Assembly (NCBI GenBank): GCA_044433245.1
Contig: JAWXTV010000002.1
Location: forward strand, 1 to 45,312
Reading direction: 5' to 3'
DNA length: 45,312 bases
DNA from: Psittacicella sp.
Lineage (GTDB): Bacteria > Pseudomonadota > Gammaproteobacteria > Enterobacterales > JAWXTV01
Shown: positions 11,015-21,898 of the stretch, piece after piece
Position numbering within the stretch: the stretch's first letter is position 1
Layout of the letters: each line of letters begins with the position of its first letter
Translations under genes and position numbers: made by a program
The notes under the pieces: generated by a model
The model's input: only the letters and a program-made list of their open reading frames with translations
Told to the model about the DNA's origin: nothing
The model's database searches: none

Positions 11015-13633
11015 CTAAAATTTAGATCTAATAAAATCAATAGCTTCATCTAATTTTAATATCTCAGAAGAAGCGCCCATAGCAAAATCAGGTTTTCCAC
11101 CACCTTTACCTTTTAGAACTAAATTAATATCTTTCATTATTAAATTAGCATTGAATTCTGAAAGTAAAGATTTGCTTAATGCAACACAAATGCTTATTTT
11201 ATCTGAATTTTTTGAGAATAGAATCACTAAAGCATCAACTTCATTTACAATACTTTGAGAAATAGTTCTTAGTTCATTAGAATCTTTATCTGAAAGAACT
11301 TTAATCAGTACTTTCTTGCTAGAACCAGAAATTTCCTTAACTAAGTCTTGTTTTATAGTTAATAAAGCAGCATTTTTAAAATCTTTAACAAGAAGCTCTA
11401 AAGATTTAAACTCTTTTTTAAAGTTATCAATTTTTTGAACTAACTCAGATTTTGTTGAATTAAACTCTTTTAAAACTAACCCAAGCAAATCATCCTGATC
11501 TTTTAAATAATCTAAAGCTCTAGATCCAGTTACAGCTTCTACTCTTCTAACCCCTGATGCTATTGCTGATTCTGATAATATTTTAAATAATCCAATATCA
11601 CCAGTTCTTTCAACATGTACCCCACCGCAAAGTTCGATAGAATTTCCCATAGTAACAACTCTTACAGTATCACCATATTTTTCACTAAATAAAGCCATAG
11701 CACCTAATTTTTTAGCTTCCTCTATAGGCATAATCTGAGTGGTAACTATATTATTAGCTCTAATATAATTATTTACCAAAGTTTCAACATTTCTTAACTC
11801 TTCTTTAGTTAGAGCTTTATCATGAGAAAAATCAAATCTCAAAAATTCAGGTTTTACAACAGACCCTTTTTGCTCAACATGACTTCCTAAAACAGTTCTT
11901 AAAGCCAAATGAAGAAAATGGGTTGATGAATGATTTTTAGAGCTATCTAATCTAAACTCATAATCAACTTTAAATTGAGCTTCTGATTCTATTTTTACAC
12001 TTCCTTCTTCAACAAACCCAATATGTAAAAATACTCCAAATTTCTTTTGAGTGTCTGTAACTATAAAAACTCCATCTTGAGTTTTTATAAAACCTTTTTC
12101 ACCCACTTGACCACCAGATTCAGCATAGAAAGGAGTATCTTTAGAGATAAGAATACCTTCCTCATCTTGAAGTAATAAATTAACCTCTTGATTATCTTTA
12201 TACAAAGCTATAATTTGAGAAGTAAGCTCTTTTTTTTCATAACCTTTAAAGTTAGTTTTTTGGGCATCTATAGATATTGAACTATTATCCATTGAAAATT
12301 TATTAGCTTTTTTAGCTCTAGATTTCTGAATACTCATTTCAGCTTCAAACTCTATTTCATCAACCTTAAGAGACTTTTCCTTACAAATATCAATTACTAA
12401 ATCTAATGGGAATCCATAAGTATCATAAAGTTTAAAAGCTTCTTTTCCAGATAAAGTATCACCATCTTTTAAATTTGCTATAGCAAGATTTAATAAAGAC
12501 ATACCTTTGTCAAGAGTTATTAAAAACTGCTCTTCCTCTTTTTTTAGAGTCGCTTCAATTAAAGCTTCATTTTTAACTAAAATAGTTCCAGCACTACCCA
12601 TAACAGAAATTAAAGGTTTTACAATTTTATAGAAAAATATATCTTGAGCACCAAGTTTATTGCCATGTCTTATAGCTCTTCTTATAATTCTTCTAAGAAC
12701 ATATCCTCTACCTTCATTTGATGGTTTTACTCCATCAGCTATAAGATAAGCGCAAGATCTTATATGATCTGCTATAACTCTAAGAGATCTATCATTTAAA
12801 TCTTTAAAATTTAATATATCTGCAATTTGTTTAATTAGAGAGCTAAAAAGATCTATTTCATAATTTGAATGAACATTTTGCATAACAGCAGCTATACGCT
12901 CAAGACCCATTCCTGTATCAACACAAGGAGAAGGTAAAGGAGTCATAGAGCCATCACTTAATCTCATATATTGCATAAATACAATATTCCAAATCTCTAT
13001 AAATCTATCACCATCTTCATCTGGGGATCCAGGAGGGCCTCCAGCTATATCTTCACCATGATCATAAAATATTTCAGTGCAAGGACCACAAGGGCCTGTA
13101 TCACCCATTTGCCAGAAATTATCAGATGCAAATGGAGCTCCTTTATTATCTCCAATTCTTACAATTTTAGAAGAATCAATTCCAATTTCTTTATTCCAAA
13201 TATCATAAGCTTCATCATCTGACTCATAAACTGTAACAGTAAGCTTTTCCTTACCTAAACCCAAACATTCTTTTGAGGTCAAAAACTCCCAAGCAAAATT
13301 TATAGCATCTTTCTTAAAATAATCTGCTAAACTAAAATTTCCAAGCATTTCAAAAAAAGTGTGATGCCTTGCTGTGTAACCTACATTTTCAAGATCATTA
13401 TGCTTGCCACCAGCTCTAACACATCTTTGAACTGTTGTTGCTCTTTTATAAGATCTTGTCTCATTACCTAAAAAAACATCTTTAAATTGATTCATACCGG
13501 CATTTGTAAATAATAACGTTGGATCATTATTAGGAACAAGTGAGCTACTATCAACTATTTTATGAGATTTGCTTTCATAAAACTTTAAAAAGCTATCTCT
13601 AATTTCAGAAACTGTCATAAATTTATTTTGCAT
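11015..13633 (-). CDS. alaS: Alanyl-tRNA synthetase
   Basis: 872 aa, with the class II core (HHTFFEMLGNFS) and the editing-domain HxxxH/CGG motifs (HSSTHFLH, CGGVHV). Confidence 0.98.
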   Translation of the reverse strand: MQNKFMTVSEIRDSFLKFYESKSHKIVDSSSLVPNNDPTLLFTNAGMNQFKDVFLGNETRSYKRATTVQRCVRAGGKHNDLENVGYTARHHTFFEMLGNFSLADYFKKDAINFAWEFLTSKECLGLGKEKLTVTVYESDDEAYDIWNKEIGIDSSKIVRIGDNKGAPFASDNFWQMGDTGPCGPCTEIFYDHGEDIAGGPPGSPDEDGDRFIEIWNIVFMQYMRLSDGSMTPLPSPCVDTGMGLERIAAVMQNVHSNYEIDLFSSLIKQIADILNFKDLNDRSLRVIADHIRSCAYLIADGVKPSNEGRGYVLRRIIRRAIRHGNKLGAQDIFFYKIVKPLISVMGSAGTILVKNEALIEATLKKEEEQFLITLDKGMSLLNLAIANLKDGDTLSGKEAFKLYDTYGFPLDLVIDICKEKSLKVDEIEFEAEMSIQKSRAKKANKFSMDNSSISIDAQKTNFKGYEKKELTSQIIALYKDNQEVNLLLQDEEGILISKDTPFYAESGGQVGEKGFIKTQDGVFIVTDTQKKFGVFLHIGFVEEGSVKIESEAQFKVDYEFRLDSSKNHSSTHFLHLALRTVLGSHVEQKGSVVKPEFLRFDFSHDKALTKEELRNVETLVNNYIRANNIVTTQIMPIEEAKKLGAMALFSEKYGDTVRVVTMGNSIELCGGVHVERTGDIGLFKILSESAIASGVRRVEAVTGSRALDYLKDQDDLLGLVLKEFNSTKSELVQKIDNFKKEFKSLELLVKDFKNAALLTIKQDLVKEISGSSKKVLIKVLSDKDSNELRTISQSIVNEVDALVILFSKNSDKISICVALSKSLLSEFNANLIMKDINLVLKGKGGGKPDFAMGASSEILKLDEAIDFIRSKF

Positions 13634-13657
13634 TTTTTATACCTCAATAACCTAAAA

Positions 13658-15547
13658 TTAATCTCCTAAGAAACTTTTTAGATTCTCAGATCTGCTAGGG
13701 TGTCTTAATTTTCTTAAAGCTTTTGCTTCAATCTGTCTTATTCTTTCTCTTGTTACATCAAATTGCTTACCAACCTCTTCTAAAGTATGATCAGTATTCA
13801 TATCTATCCCAAATCTCATTCGAATAACTTTAGCTTCTCTATCAGTAAGTCCTAATAGAGATTCTTTCATAGCTATCTTTAAACTCTGATTTGTAGCAAA
13901 ATCAATTGGAAGCTCTAAAGTATTATCCTCTAAGAAATCACCCAAATGAGAATCATCATCATCACCTATTGGTGACTCCATTGAAACAGGCTCTTTTAAA
14001 ATTTTAAATACTCTTCTTATTTTATCTTCAGAAATACCCATTCTTTCAGCTAACTCTTCTGAACTTGCCTCATGACCTAACTCTTGCATAATTTGTTTTG
14101 AAATTCTATTTAATTTATTAATAGTTTCAATCATATGTACAGGAATTCTTATTGTCCTTGCTTGATCTGCAATAGATCTTGTAATAGCTTGTCTTATCCA
14201 CCAAGTTGCATAAGTTGAAAACTTAAAACCTCTTTTATATTCAAATTTATCAACAGCTTTCATAAGACCAATATTTCCTTCTTGAATTAAATCTAAAAAT
14301 TGAAGACCTCTATTGGTATATTTTTTAGCTATAGATATAACAAGTCTTAAGTTTGCTTCAACCATATCCTTTTTAGCTCTTGATGTTTTTCTTTCACCAG
14401 CTAATATAGCATCTGTTATATTTCTAAGTTCTAAAATAGAAATTTTATTTCTTATTTCATGAGCTTGAATTTTATAGATAGCTCCTTGAATTAATTTTTC
14501 ACATTTAGGAAGTCTTACAGCCCAAGGTTTGCTTGATGATTTAAGTTTTTCAAACCAAGCTAATGAATTTTCTTGACCAACAAAGGCTTTTAAAAAAATT
14601 CCTGCAGGAACTTTACATAAATCAACAATTTGATTTCTTATAAATCTTTCTTGCTCACCAAAAACTATATAAATACTTTTAATATAATTTACTAAAATAG
14701 TAGTTTCTTTATTTGTTAAATTAAACTTACTAAAAATTTCAATTAAAACTTCTTTTTCCTTTAAAAGAGCTTTAGAAGGTTTTTGACCTTTTTCAAATAG
14801 CTCTTGCTTTATTTTAATAACTTTATCAACTTGTTTACTTAACTCTGAAAAATAATGCTTTGCAACTTCTAAATTGATTGAATTTTGCTCTTCATCAGTA
14901 TCTATATCTGAACTTACATCATCAGACAAATCATTTAAAAACTCTTCTGGATCAGAACTTGAGTCATCTTCTTCTATAGAAAAATCAATTGAATCTAAAT
15001 CTTGAGAATCATCTGCAACATCTAATTTAACAGAGTTATCCATAGAATCTTCAGTAAAACCAGAAATTAAAGATGAAATATTACCCTCCTCTTTAAGAAG
15101 AGTTTTATATTGTTTAATAAGATAATACAAAGCTTCTGGATATTGAGCTATAGCAGCTTGAACTTCCTCAACCCCTTCTTCCATTTTAATTGCAATATTT
15201 TTTTCCTGCTCTCTTGTTAAAAGTTCAACAGTTCCCATCTCTCTCATATAAATACGAACTGGATCTGTTGTTCTTCCTACTTCAGTTTCAACGCTAGATA
15301 AGACTTGATTTGCCTCTTCCATGATATCATCATCTCTGAAGTCTTCACTTAACATCATATCATCTAAATCAGGTGGATTATCTAATACTTTAACACCCAT
15401 ATCAGATATCATTTGAATAATATTTTCAATTTCATCAGCATCAGTTAATTCATCAGGTAAATGGTCATTTATTTCAGCATAAGTTACATAACCTTGCTCT
15501 TTACCTAACTCTATTAAAGCACTAAATTGTGATTTTGTTTTTCCCAT
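13658..15547 (-). CDS. rpoD: RNA polymerase sigma factor RpoD (sigma70)
   Basis: 629 aa. It has an acidic non-conserved region, region 2 ([39 protein letters not shown]) and region 4.2 ([30 protein letters not shown]). Confidence 0.98.
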   Translation of the reverse strand: MGKTKSQFSALIELGKEQGYVTYAEINDHLPDELTDADEIENIIQMISDMGVKVLDNPPDLDDMMLSEDFRDDDIMEEANQVLSSVETEVGRTTDPVRIYMREMGTVELLTREQEKNIAIKMEEGVEEVQAAIAQYPEALYYLIKQYKTLLKEEGNISSLISGFTEDSMDNSVKLDVADDSQDLDSIDFSIEEDDSSSDPEEFLNDLSDDVSSDIDTDEEQNSINLEVAKHYFSELSKQVDKVIKIKQELFEKGQKPSKALLKEKEVLIEIFSKFNLTNKETTILVNYIKSIYIVFGEQERFIRNQIVDLCKVPAGIFLKAFVGQENSLAWFEKLKSSSKPWAVRLPKCEKLIQGAIYKIQAHEIRNKISILELRNITDAILAGERKTSRAKKDMVEANLRLVISIAKKYTNRGLQFLDLIQEGNIGLMKAVDKFEYKRGFKFSTYATWWIRQAITRSIADQARTIRIPVHMIETINKLNRISKQIMQELGHEASSEELAERMGISEDKIRRVFKILKEPVSMESPIGDDDDSHLGDFLEDNTLELPIDFATNQSLKIAMKESLLGLTDREAKVIRMRFGIDMNTDHTLEEVGKQFDVTRERIRQIEAKALRKLRHPSRSENLKSFLGD

Positions 15548-15564
15548 ACTCTTTTTCCCAACCT

Positions 15565-17514
15565 TTATTGTTTTCTACCAGTTAAGTTTTTTAATTTATC
15601 TTTATTATATGACTCATCTATTGTTTGAATATAATCAAATCCATCTTCAAGAATCTTGTCTAATTTTTGATATTCTTTAGATAAAACTACCTCTTGAATA
15701 TTTATATCTCTTGCTGCTTTTAAATCCATTTTATAGCCTGCAAATTCAGTGGCTAAAAGAATTAATAAATAATCTAAAAATTCAATTTGAATATAATCTT
15801 CATCAATATTCCAAGTTTCAAAAACCTGTATAGTATTATTTAAGATCCTCTGCTCTTCGGAAGAAAAATTAGCTAAAATCTTACCTCTATTAAGCTCTTT
15901 CCCTTTATACAATCTACATATTTTTATTAATTTTTGTAGCAACTCAATTCCTGGCGCTATAGGATTTAATTTCATTTCAAAATAATCATCGAACTCTAGA
16001 AGAAGCTCTCTTGCAACGGGACTTATAATAAGAAGAGCTATAATAACTCTCATAGGAGTTTTATTGCTTATTTTAGTATTTTTAACCTTTTTAACAAAAG
16101 ACTTAGCTATAAATTTTGAATTCTTAGCTTTATGATTTTGATCTATTTTAAAAGTTTCAAGATCTATATCTGACAACTGATTTAATTCATCTAATTTTTT
16201 ATTATACTCTATACACAAAAGATCTTTACTTCCTGTTTGAGGAAGCTTATCAATTATAGACTGAATATTAGATTTAAAATTAAAAAGATGTGTTGCTACA
16301 TTTAATTTATCTTCACTAGGTGAATTTGAATTCACAATAGCTTCATAAGAGGTAACCGAAGTATTTAAACGATTTAAAAATTCTTCTTTACCAAACTCCC
16401 TTATATATGAATCAGGATCATCTCCATCTGGTAAAAATAAAAAACTAACATCTGTTTTTTCTGTTAGATAAAAGATAGACTTATCTAGAGCTTTAATAGC
16501 AGCACTTCTTCCCGCTTTATCACCATCATAACAATATATAACATTAGTTGTATATTTAAAAAGTAAATCTATTTGATCCTCTGTAAAAGCTGTACCAAGA
16601 CCAGCTACTACATTAGTAATACCAACCTGAGCAAGACGCAATACATCTAAGTATCCTTCAACAACTATAATAGAAGAAAATGATTTATCTATCTTATTTT
16701 TTTTCTTAGAATTCTCTTCCTTGTTTGCAACTATTGCCTCATAAAGTCCGTATAACTCTCTTCCTTTATTATATATAGGAGTTGTTTCTGAGTTCATGTA
16801 TTTAGGTTTTATTCCGCCATTTTTAAAAGTTTCTTCTTTATAAAGCCTTCCCCCAAAACCCACAACTTTTCCATAATGATTTTTAATTGGGAAAATAACT
16901 CTATTTAAAAACTTATCATAATATCCAGACTCACCGTTAACTATCACTCCAATATCTGATAATTTGTGCAAAATATCTTTATTATCTTTATACTTTTTAG
17001 AAAAATAGCTTTCTTTAGGGGAAAATCCGAGCTCATATCTTTCTATTGTTTCTTTTGAAATATCACGAGAAGCTAAATAATCTAGAGCTATAGATGAATC
17101 ACTTAACTGATTTTTATAATAATCTAAACATTCTCTTGCTAAATTTTGAAGATCACTTTTTTCCCTATTGGTTATAAAAGAAGACGATTCATAATCTTTA
17201 GTTCCATTTGACTCATATACTATATCAATTTTCAGTCTCATAGCTAAATCTTCAACTGCTTCTATATATCCAAGATTTAGATATTCCATTAAAAAACTAG
17301 TTATATTCCCAGAAGCCCCACAACCAAAACAATGATAAAACTGATCTTCATCATTTACAGTGAAAGAAGGGGTTTTTTCTTGGTGAAATGGACAGCATGC
17401 CACATAACGATTATTAGATGTTTTTTTAAGAGATATATACTCTTCAATAACTTCAACTATATTAGCCGAACTTACCAAAGACGATATAAATGCCGGTGAA
17501 ATATATTTACTCAT
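15565..17514 (-). CDS. dnaG: DNA primase
   Basis: 649 aa. It has the zinc ribbon [12 protein letters not shown]...[10 protein letters not shown] and the TOPRIM motifs VVEGYLDV and DGDKAGRSA. It sits in the rpsU-dnaG-rpoD context. Confidence 0.95.
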   Translation of the reverse strand: MSKYISPAFISSLVSSANIVEVIEEYISLKKTSNNRYVACCPFHQEKTPSFTVNDEDQFYHCFGCGASGNITSFLMEYLNLGYIEAVEDLAMRLKIDIVYESNGTKDYESSSFITNREKSDLQNLARECLDYYKNQLSDSSIALDYLASRDISKETIERYELGFSPKESYFSKKYKDNKDILHKLSDIGVIVNGESGYYDKFLNRVIFPIKNHYGKVVGFGGRLYKEETFKNGGIKPKYMNSETTPIYNKGRELYGLYEAIVANKEENSKKKNKIDKSFSSIIVVEGYLDVLRLAQVGITNVVAGLGTAFTEDQIDLLFKYTTNVIYCYDGDKAGRSAAIKALDKSIFYLTEKTDVSFLFLPDGDDPDSYIREFGKEEFLNRLNTSVTSYEAIVNSNSPSEDKLNVATHLFNFKSNIQSIIDKLPQTGSKDLLCIEYNKKLDELNQLSDIDLETFKIDQNHKAKNSKFIAKSFVKKVKNTKISNKTPMRVIIALLIISPVARELLLEFDDYFEMKLNPIAPGIELLQKLIKICRLYKGKELNRGKILANFSSEEQRILNNTIQVFETWNIDEDYIQIEFLDYLLILLATEFAGYKMDLKAARDINIQEVVLSKEYQKLDKILEDGFDYIQTIDESYNKDKLKNLTGRKQ

Positions 17515-17574
17515 AAATACTTTTTGCTGTCTACCTTATAGTATGATTTAAGCAAACTTAAGAAAACATTGATC

Positions 17575-17775
17575 TTAAGAAATACTACGATAAGGATAGT
17601 TATTGATTTTTAGAAAGTGTAAAAAACCAAGTTTTTTACCGAGAAAAGGGCAACAAGCTATTAAGCAATTATTGCCTATTTTTTTAAAATAAAAATATTT
17701 TGATATATTTTTAGCTGTAATAGCTAGATCTAGCAAAGATCCTTTTAAATTTTTTGGAGGAGTGTACTTTCTCAT
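17575..17775 (-). pseudogene. Degenerate duplicate of the dnaG 5' end (partial zinc-ribbon fragment)
   Basis: The 66-aa ORF MRKYTPPKNLKGSLLDLAITAKNISKYFYFKKIGNNCLIACCPFLGKKLGF... aligns with DnaG residues 1-51 ([51 protein letters not shown]). Shared elements are M-KY--P, KK, NN, ACCPF and K..F. The second Cys pair of the zinc ribbon is missing and the ORF stops. Confidence 0.5.
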
Positions 17776-17831
17776 AAAATATTATTGTCATTTTAAATGA
17801 CAAATATCCTCCTAAGTTTTTTAAAATTATA

Positions 17832-18047
17832 TTAGTATAATCTTGAATATCTTGCGTTTTCGCGCGCTACTTTTTTAGCATAACGTTTTTTAGCTGAAAC
17901 TTTTTCTCTTTTACGAATAATTGCTGGTTTTTCATAAAATTCTCTTTTACGAACTTCTGCTAAGATTCCAGCTTTTTCACATAATCTTTTAAATCTACGT
18001 AAAGCTACGTCAAAAACTTCATTTTCATGTACTTTAACTACAGGCAT
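17832..18047 (-). CDS. rpsU: 30S ribosomal protein S21
   Basis: 71 aa, [41 protein letters not shown]..., canonical S21. Confidence 0.97.
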   Translation of the reverse strand: MPVVKVHENEVFDVALRRFKRLCEKAGILAEVRKREFYEKPAIIRKREKVSAKKRYAKKVARENARYSRLY

Positions 18048-18096
18048 ATACTCTCCTTCTAAGAAAATTGAATAATTTAATTTAAATTAAATAATT

Positions 18097-18126
18097 AATA
18101 TAATAGAATATAATATCTATTATATT
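18097..18126. repeat. 11-bp perfect inverted repeat in the rpsU/tsaD divergent promoter region
   Basis: aatataataga (18097-18107), an 8-nt spacer, then tctattatatt (18116-18126). It is nearly all A/T, so a chance origin cannot be excluded. Confidence 0.3.
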
Positions 18127-18225
18127 AAGATTTTGTAATTATATCATATATCTTTTATTTTTCTATAAATTTTATCAGTAGTTATAGCTTAATAAAGCAA
18201 ATATCTTTAAGGTTGAGGTTTAAAA

Positions 18226-19224
18226 ATGTACATATTAGGAATAGAGACTTCTTGCGATGAAACAGGCATAGCAATTTATAAAGAAGGAAAGGGAATAGTA
18301 GCTAATGAACTATATACTCAAATTCCTCTCCATTCTCAATATGGTGGCGTTGTTCCTGAGTTAGCATCAAGAGATCATTTAAATAAAATCTTTCCCCTTA
18401 TTAATTTGGCTTTAGAAAAAGCATCTATTGAATTAAAAGATATTAATGCTATAGCCTATACTTCAGGCCCAGGACTTGTTGGAGCTCTATTAGTTGGGGC
18501 TACAGTTGCCAAAACTATAGCTTATGGACTAAATATACCTGCTATTGCAATAAACCATATGGAAGCTCACCTTTTAGCCCCTTTAATGGAAGAAGAAATT
18601 CCAAAATTTCCATTTTTAGCTTTACTAGTATCTGGCGGGCATACTCAAATATATAAAGTAAATAAAATAGGATCTTATGAACTACTTGGAGAGTCAATTG
18701 ATGACGCTGCTGGAGAGTCTTTTGATAAAACAGCAAAATTATTAGGACTTGAATATCCAGGTGGCCCTAAAATATCAAAACTTGCTATCAATGCTCAAGA
18801 TAAATACTCCTTCAAAAGACCTATGCCTCAGGGATTAAATTTTAGCTTTTCTGGACTTAAAACAGCAGCATCTAATCTTATAAAAAAAGAAGAATTAACC
18901 CAGGAAAATAAAGCCTCCATTGCTAAAGCTTTTGAAAATGCTGTAATTGATCTTTTAAGTTATAAATGCAAAAAAGCCTTAAATGAAAATTCTATTAATG
19001 AGCTTATTGTATCAGGTGGAGTAAGCGCCAACTCTAAACTTAGAGCAACTTTTAAAGATCTTCTAAACTCACTAAATGGAAGTGTATACTATCCAAAAGT
19101 TGAATTTTCAACTGATAATGGAGCTATGATAGCTTTTACTGGATATATTAAATTTAAAAATGGATTTAGAGATAAAGATTTATCAATTAATGTAAAATCT
19201 AGATGGAATATAGATACTTTATAA
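18226..19224 (+). CDS. tsaD: tRNA N6-adenosine threonylcarbamoyltransferase TsaD (Gcp/YgjD)
   Basis: 332 aa, ILGIETSCDETGIAIY, HMEAHL, VSGGHT. It is divergent from rpsU, as in E. coli. Confidence 0.95.
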   Translation: MYILGIETSCDETGIAIYKEGKGIVANELYTQIPLHSQYGGVVPELASRDHLNKIFPLINLALEKASIELKDINAIAYTSGPGLVGALLVGATVAKTIAYGLNIPAIAINHMEAHLLAPLMEEEIPKFPFLALLVSGGHTQIYKVNKIGSYELLGESIDDAAGESFDKTAKLLGLEYPGGPKISKLAINAQDKYSFKRPMPQGLNFSFSGLKTAASNLIKKEELTQENKASIAKAFENAVIDLLSYKCKKALNENSINELIVSGGVSANSKLRATFKDLLNSLNGSVYYPKVEFSTDNGAMIAFTGYIKFKNGFRDKDLSINVKSRWNIDTL

Positions 19225-19255
19225 AACCTTTAATCACTTAAAAACTCACTAAACT

Positions 19256-19843
19256 ATGGCTAAATTATTTTTTAAATACTCAACTATGAATGCTGGTAAA
19301 TCTACTTTACTACTTCAAACATCGCATAACTATACATCTTTAGGAATGCATACTTTTCTTTTAACAGCAAAAATAGATAAACGTTTTGGGCAAAATCAGA
19401 TCACATCAAGACTTGGTATTAAAGCTAATGCTCACGTATTTAAAAGTGATACTAATGTATTTGAATTAATTAAAGAAAGTCATTTAAAAAATAAATTAAG
19501 CTGTGTTTTAGTTGATGAATCCCAATTTTTAACAAAGCAACAAGTTTATCAATTAACAAATATAGTTGATAAGTTAAATATACCTACTATATGCTATGGA
19601 CTTAAGACTGATTTCTGTGGAAATCTATTTGAAGGAAGTAACGCTCTTCTTGCTTGGGCTGATAAAATTGAAGAAATTAAAACAATATGTTTTTGCTCAA
19701 GAAAAGCAACACATGTGGTAAGGCTTGATAAGAATGGAAAAGCAATTAAAGATGGGGAGCAAATTTCTATAGGAGATACAAATTATAAGCCTCTTTGCAG
19801 GATTCACTTTAAAGAGGCTTTAGGATTAAAAATAAATTTTTAA
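19256..19843 (+). CDS. tdk: Thymidine kinase
   Basis: 195 aa. It has the P-loop MNAGKST, VDESQF, and C-terminal zinc-binding Cys pairs ([15 protein letters not shown]). Confidence 0.92.
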   Translation: MAKLFFKYSTMNAGKSTLLLQTSHNYTSLGMHTFLLTAKIDKRFGQNQITSRLGIKANAHVFKSDTNVFELIKESHLKNKLSCVLVDESQFLTKQQVYQLTNIVDKLNIPTICYGLKTDFCGNLFEGSNALLAWADKIEEIKTICFCSRKATHVVRLDKNGKAIKDGEQISIGDTNYKPLCRIHFKEALGLKINF

Positions 19844-20814
19844 AATAATACTTCTTCTAATCTTAAAAGATCTTTTTTTATAGGTCTTTTAAAATTGTTA
19901 ATAGCATCTAAAATATCATGATGAACTAACTCATCTTTTTCTATACCTATACAATGTCCAGCAACTCCTTCAAGTAACAGATCAACTGCATAAACACCCA
20001 TTCTAGAAGCTAATAAAATATCTACAGAAGATGGTTTACCACCTCTTTGAATATGACCAAGAACTGTTGCTCTTGTATCAAAACCAGTTTCTTTATATAT
20101 TTCTTCAGCTAATTCATAAATATTAGTTATATGCTCTGTAATAGTTATAATTGCGTGATGTTTACCACCTTTAAATCCATCTTTAATTTTATGAATTAAC
20201 TCATCTTTATCAAACTTAACTTCAGGAATAATTGCAAATTCACATCCTCCAGTAATTGCAGCTGAAATAGTTAAATCCCCGCAATTTCTACCCATAACTT
20301 CAACTAAGAAAATTCTATTATGAGAAGATGATGTATCTCTTAATTTTTCAATAGCTTCAGTAACTGTATTTAAAGCAGTATTATATCCAATCGTATAATC
20401 AGTTCCCGCTACATCATTATCTATAGTTCCCGGGATTCCAATACACGGAAAGTCAAAATCTTCAGTTAATTTCTTAGCTCCCATATATGAGCCATCACCA
20501 CCAATAACAATTAAAGCATCAATTCCCAACTCTCTTAAATTATCAACAGCAACCTGTCTTACCTCTTTTTCCTTAAATTCAGGAAATCTTGATGATCTAA
20601 GAATGGTTCCACCTCTATGTAAAATATCACTAACAGAAGATCTATCCATTTTTATAAAATCTTTGTTATAAAGACCTAGATAACCATTTCGAATACCATA
20701 TACCTCAAGACCTGCAAATAAACCAGCACGTACAACAGCTCTAACTGCAGCATTCATTCCAGGAGCATCACCACCACTTGTAAGTAAAGCTATTTTTTTA
20801 ATATTAATACTCAT
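19840..20814 (-). CDS. pfkA: ATP-dependent 6-phosphofructokinase
   Basis: 324 aa, [27 protein letters not shown]; colinear with PfkA. Confidence 0.95.
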   Translation of the reverse strand: MSINIKKIALLTSGGDAPGMNAAVRAVVRAGLFAGLEVYGIRNGYLGLYNKDFIKMDRSSVSDILHRGGTILRSSRFPEFKEKEVRQVAVDNLRELGIDALIVIGGDGSYMGAKKLTEDFDFPCIGIPGTIDNDVAGTDYTIGYNTALNTVTEAIEKLRDTSSSHNRIFLVEVMGRNCGDLTISAAITGGCEFAIIPEVKFDKDELIHKIKDGFKGGKHHAIITITEHITNIYELAEEIYKETGFDTRATVLGHIQRGGKPSSVDILLASRMGVYAVDLLLEGVAGHCIGIEKDELVHHDILDAINNFKRPIKKDLLRLEEVLF

Positions 20815-20912
20815 AACTATTAATCCTTATATTTTATAAAAATTATATTTCAGTTTACTACTTGCTACTATTTTAAAACTATTTGCAATAAAGTGTACAT
20901 AAAAATTATAAT

Positions 20913-21728
20913 TTATTCAGCATATAAAGATAATTTACCATGAAAAGTCATAACTCCAGCGTGCCACAAATTTTGAGTATAGTCAGCATAAATTTTTCCC
21001 CCACAGTTTCTCCATAATGAACAGAAATAATAATCCTCAGAATAGAAGTTTTTATTATTTTCATGAGGAATAAAGCCTGTATCAAAAAAATTATAACAAT
21101 TCTGAGATTTATGACTTCCAGAGTTAACAATTTGAGATGGCTCATATTGCCTTTCTGGGTATTTTTGTTTCATAATCTCAAAAACCTCTCTTTTTATCAT
21201 CATGAAACCAGTTCCAGCATTTAATATTTCACAAAAACCACTTTCAGACTTAGTTGGATTTCCATTAAAATTAACAAAATTAGTATCATAAATTACAGAT
21301 TTGGCCTCCAAATCTTCATTGCTAATCTCAGGATTTGCAATAACTTCTGATTTAACTCTATCCCAAAACACTTTTTTTCTAGGGTAGATTCCACAAGATA
21401 AGTGAGCGTCAAATTTTAATAACCTCTCAACATGCTCTGGATGAAAACCTATATCTGAATCTAAAAAAAATAAATGAGTTAAATTTTCAGAATCATCAAG
21501 AAACATTGAAACAAAAGTATTTCTTAAAAGTGTTATTAATGATCCATTTAAAGTTGAAATTTTAGCATATACATTATTTCTAGCTAACCATCCTTGAAGA
21601 GCAATCATTGATGTAAATGTTTCTGATGTAATTCCACCATAACAAGGTATAGCTATAAAGATTTTAATATTTTCAGGCAAAGGTTTTGCGTCTAAACTTT
21701 GTAATAAGTTTGGTTCCTTGAAGCTCAT
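20913..21728 (-). CDS. Putative GT-A fold glycosyltransferase (family unassigned)
   Basis: 271 aa. A Rossmann-like start IFIAIPCYGG is followed by the DxD-type motif FFLDSDIGF and a C-terminal SEDYYFC motif, both typical of GT-A enzymes. No neighbouring polysaccharide genes are present. Confidence 0.45.
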   Translation of the reverse strand: MSFKEPNLLQSLDAKPLPENIKIFIAIPCYGGITSETFTSMIALQGWLARNNVYAKISTLNGSLITLLRNTFVSMFLDDSENLTHLFFLDSDIGFHPEHVERLLKFDAHLSCGIYPRKKVFWDRVKSEVIANPEISNEDLEAKSVIYDTNFVNFNGNPTKSESGFCEILNAGTGFMMIKREVFEIMKQKYPERQYEPSQIVNSGSHKSQNCYNFFDTGFIPHENNKNFYSEDYYFCSLWRNCGGKIYADYTQNLWHAGVMTFHGKLSLYAE

Positions 21729-21898
21729 TATAATTAATCCAATAATTTTAAGTATTTTTATAATTTTTTTATAAGATATATTTTCTCATAAAACTAAATA
21801 GAATGAGGTGCATGAAAAAATAATTAATTTTTACCATATTCTAATATAGATTATAATACCTTTTAACATTAACAATATTATAATAATTTAGAAAAATT

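Noticed and set aside
12971-13222. 83-aa plus-strand ORF
   Set aside because: It is antisense inside alaS.
18542-18736. 64-aa minus-strand ORF
   Set aside because: It is antisense inside tsaD.
20948-21145. 65-aa minus-strand ORF
   Set aside because: It is an alternative frame within the glycosyltransferase-like gene. The longer frame carries the GT-A motifs.
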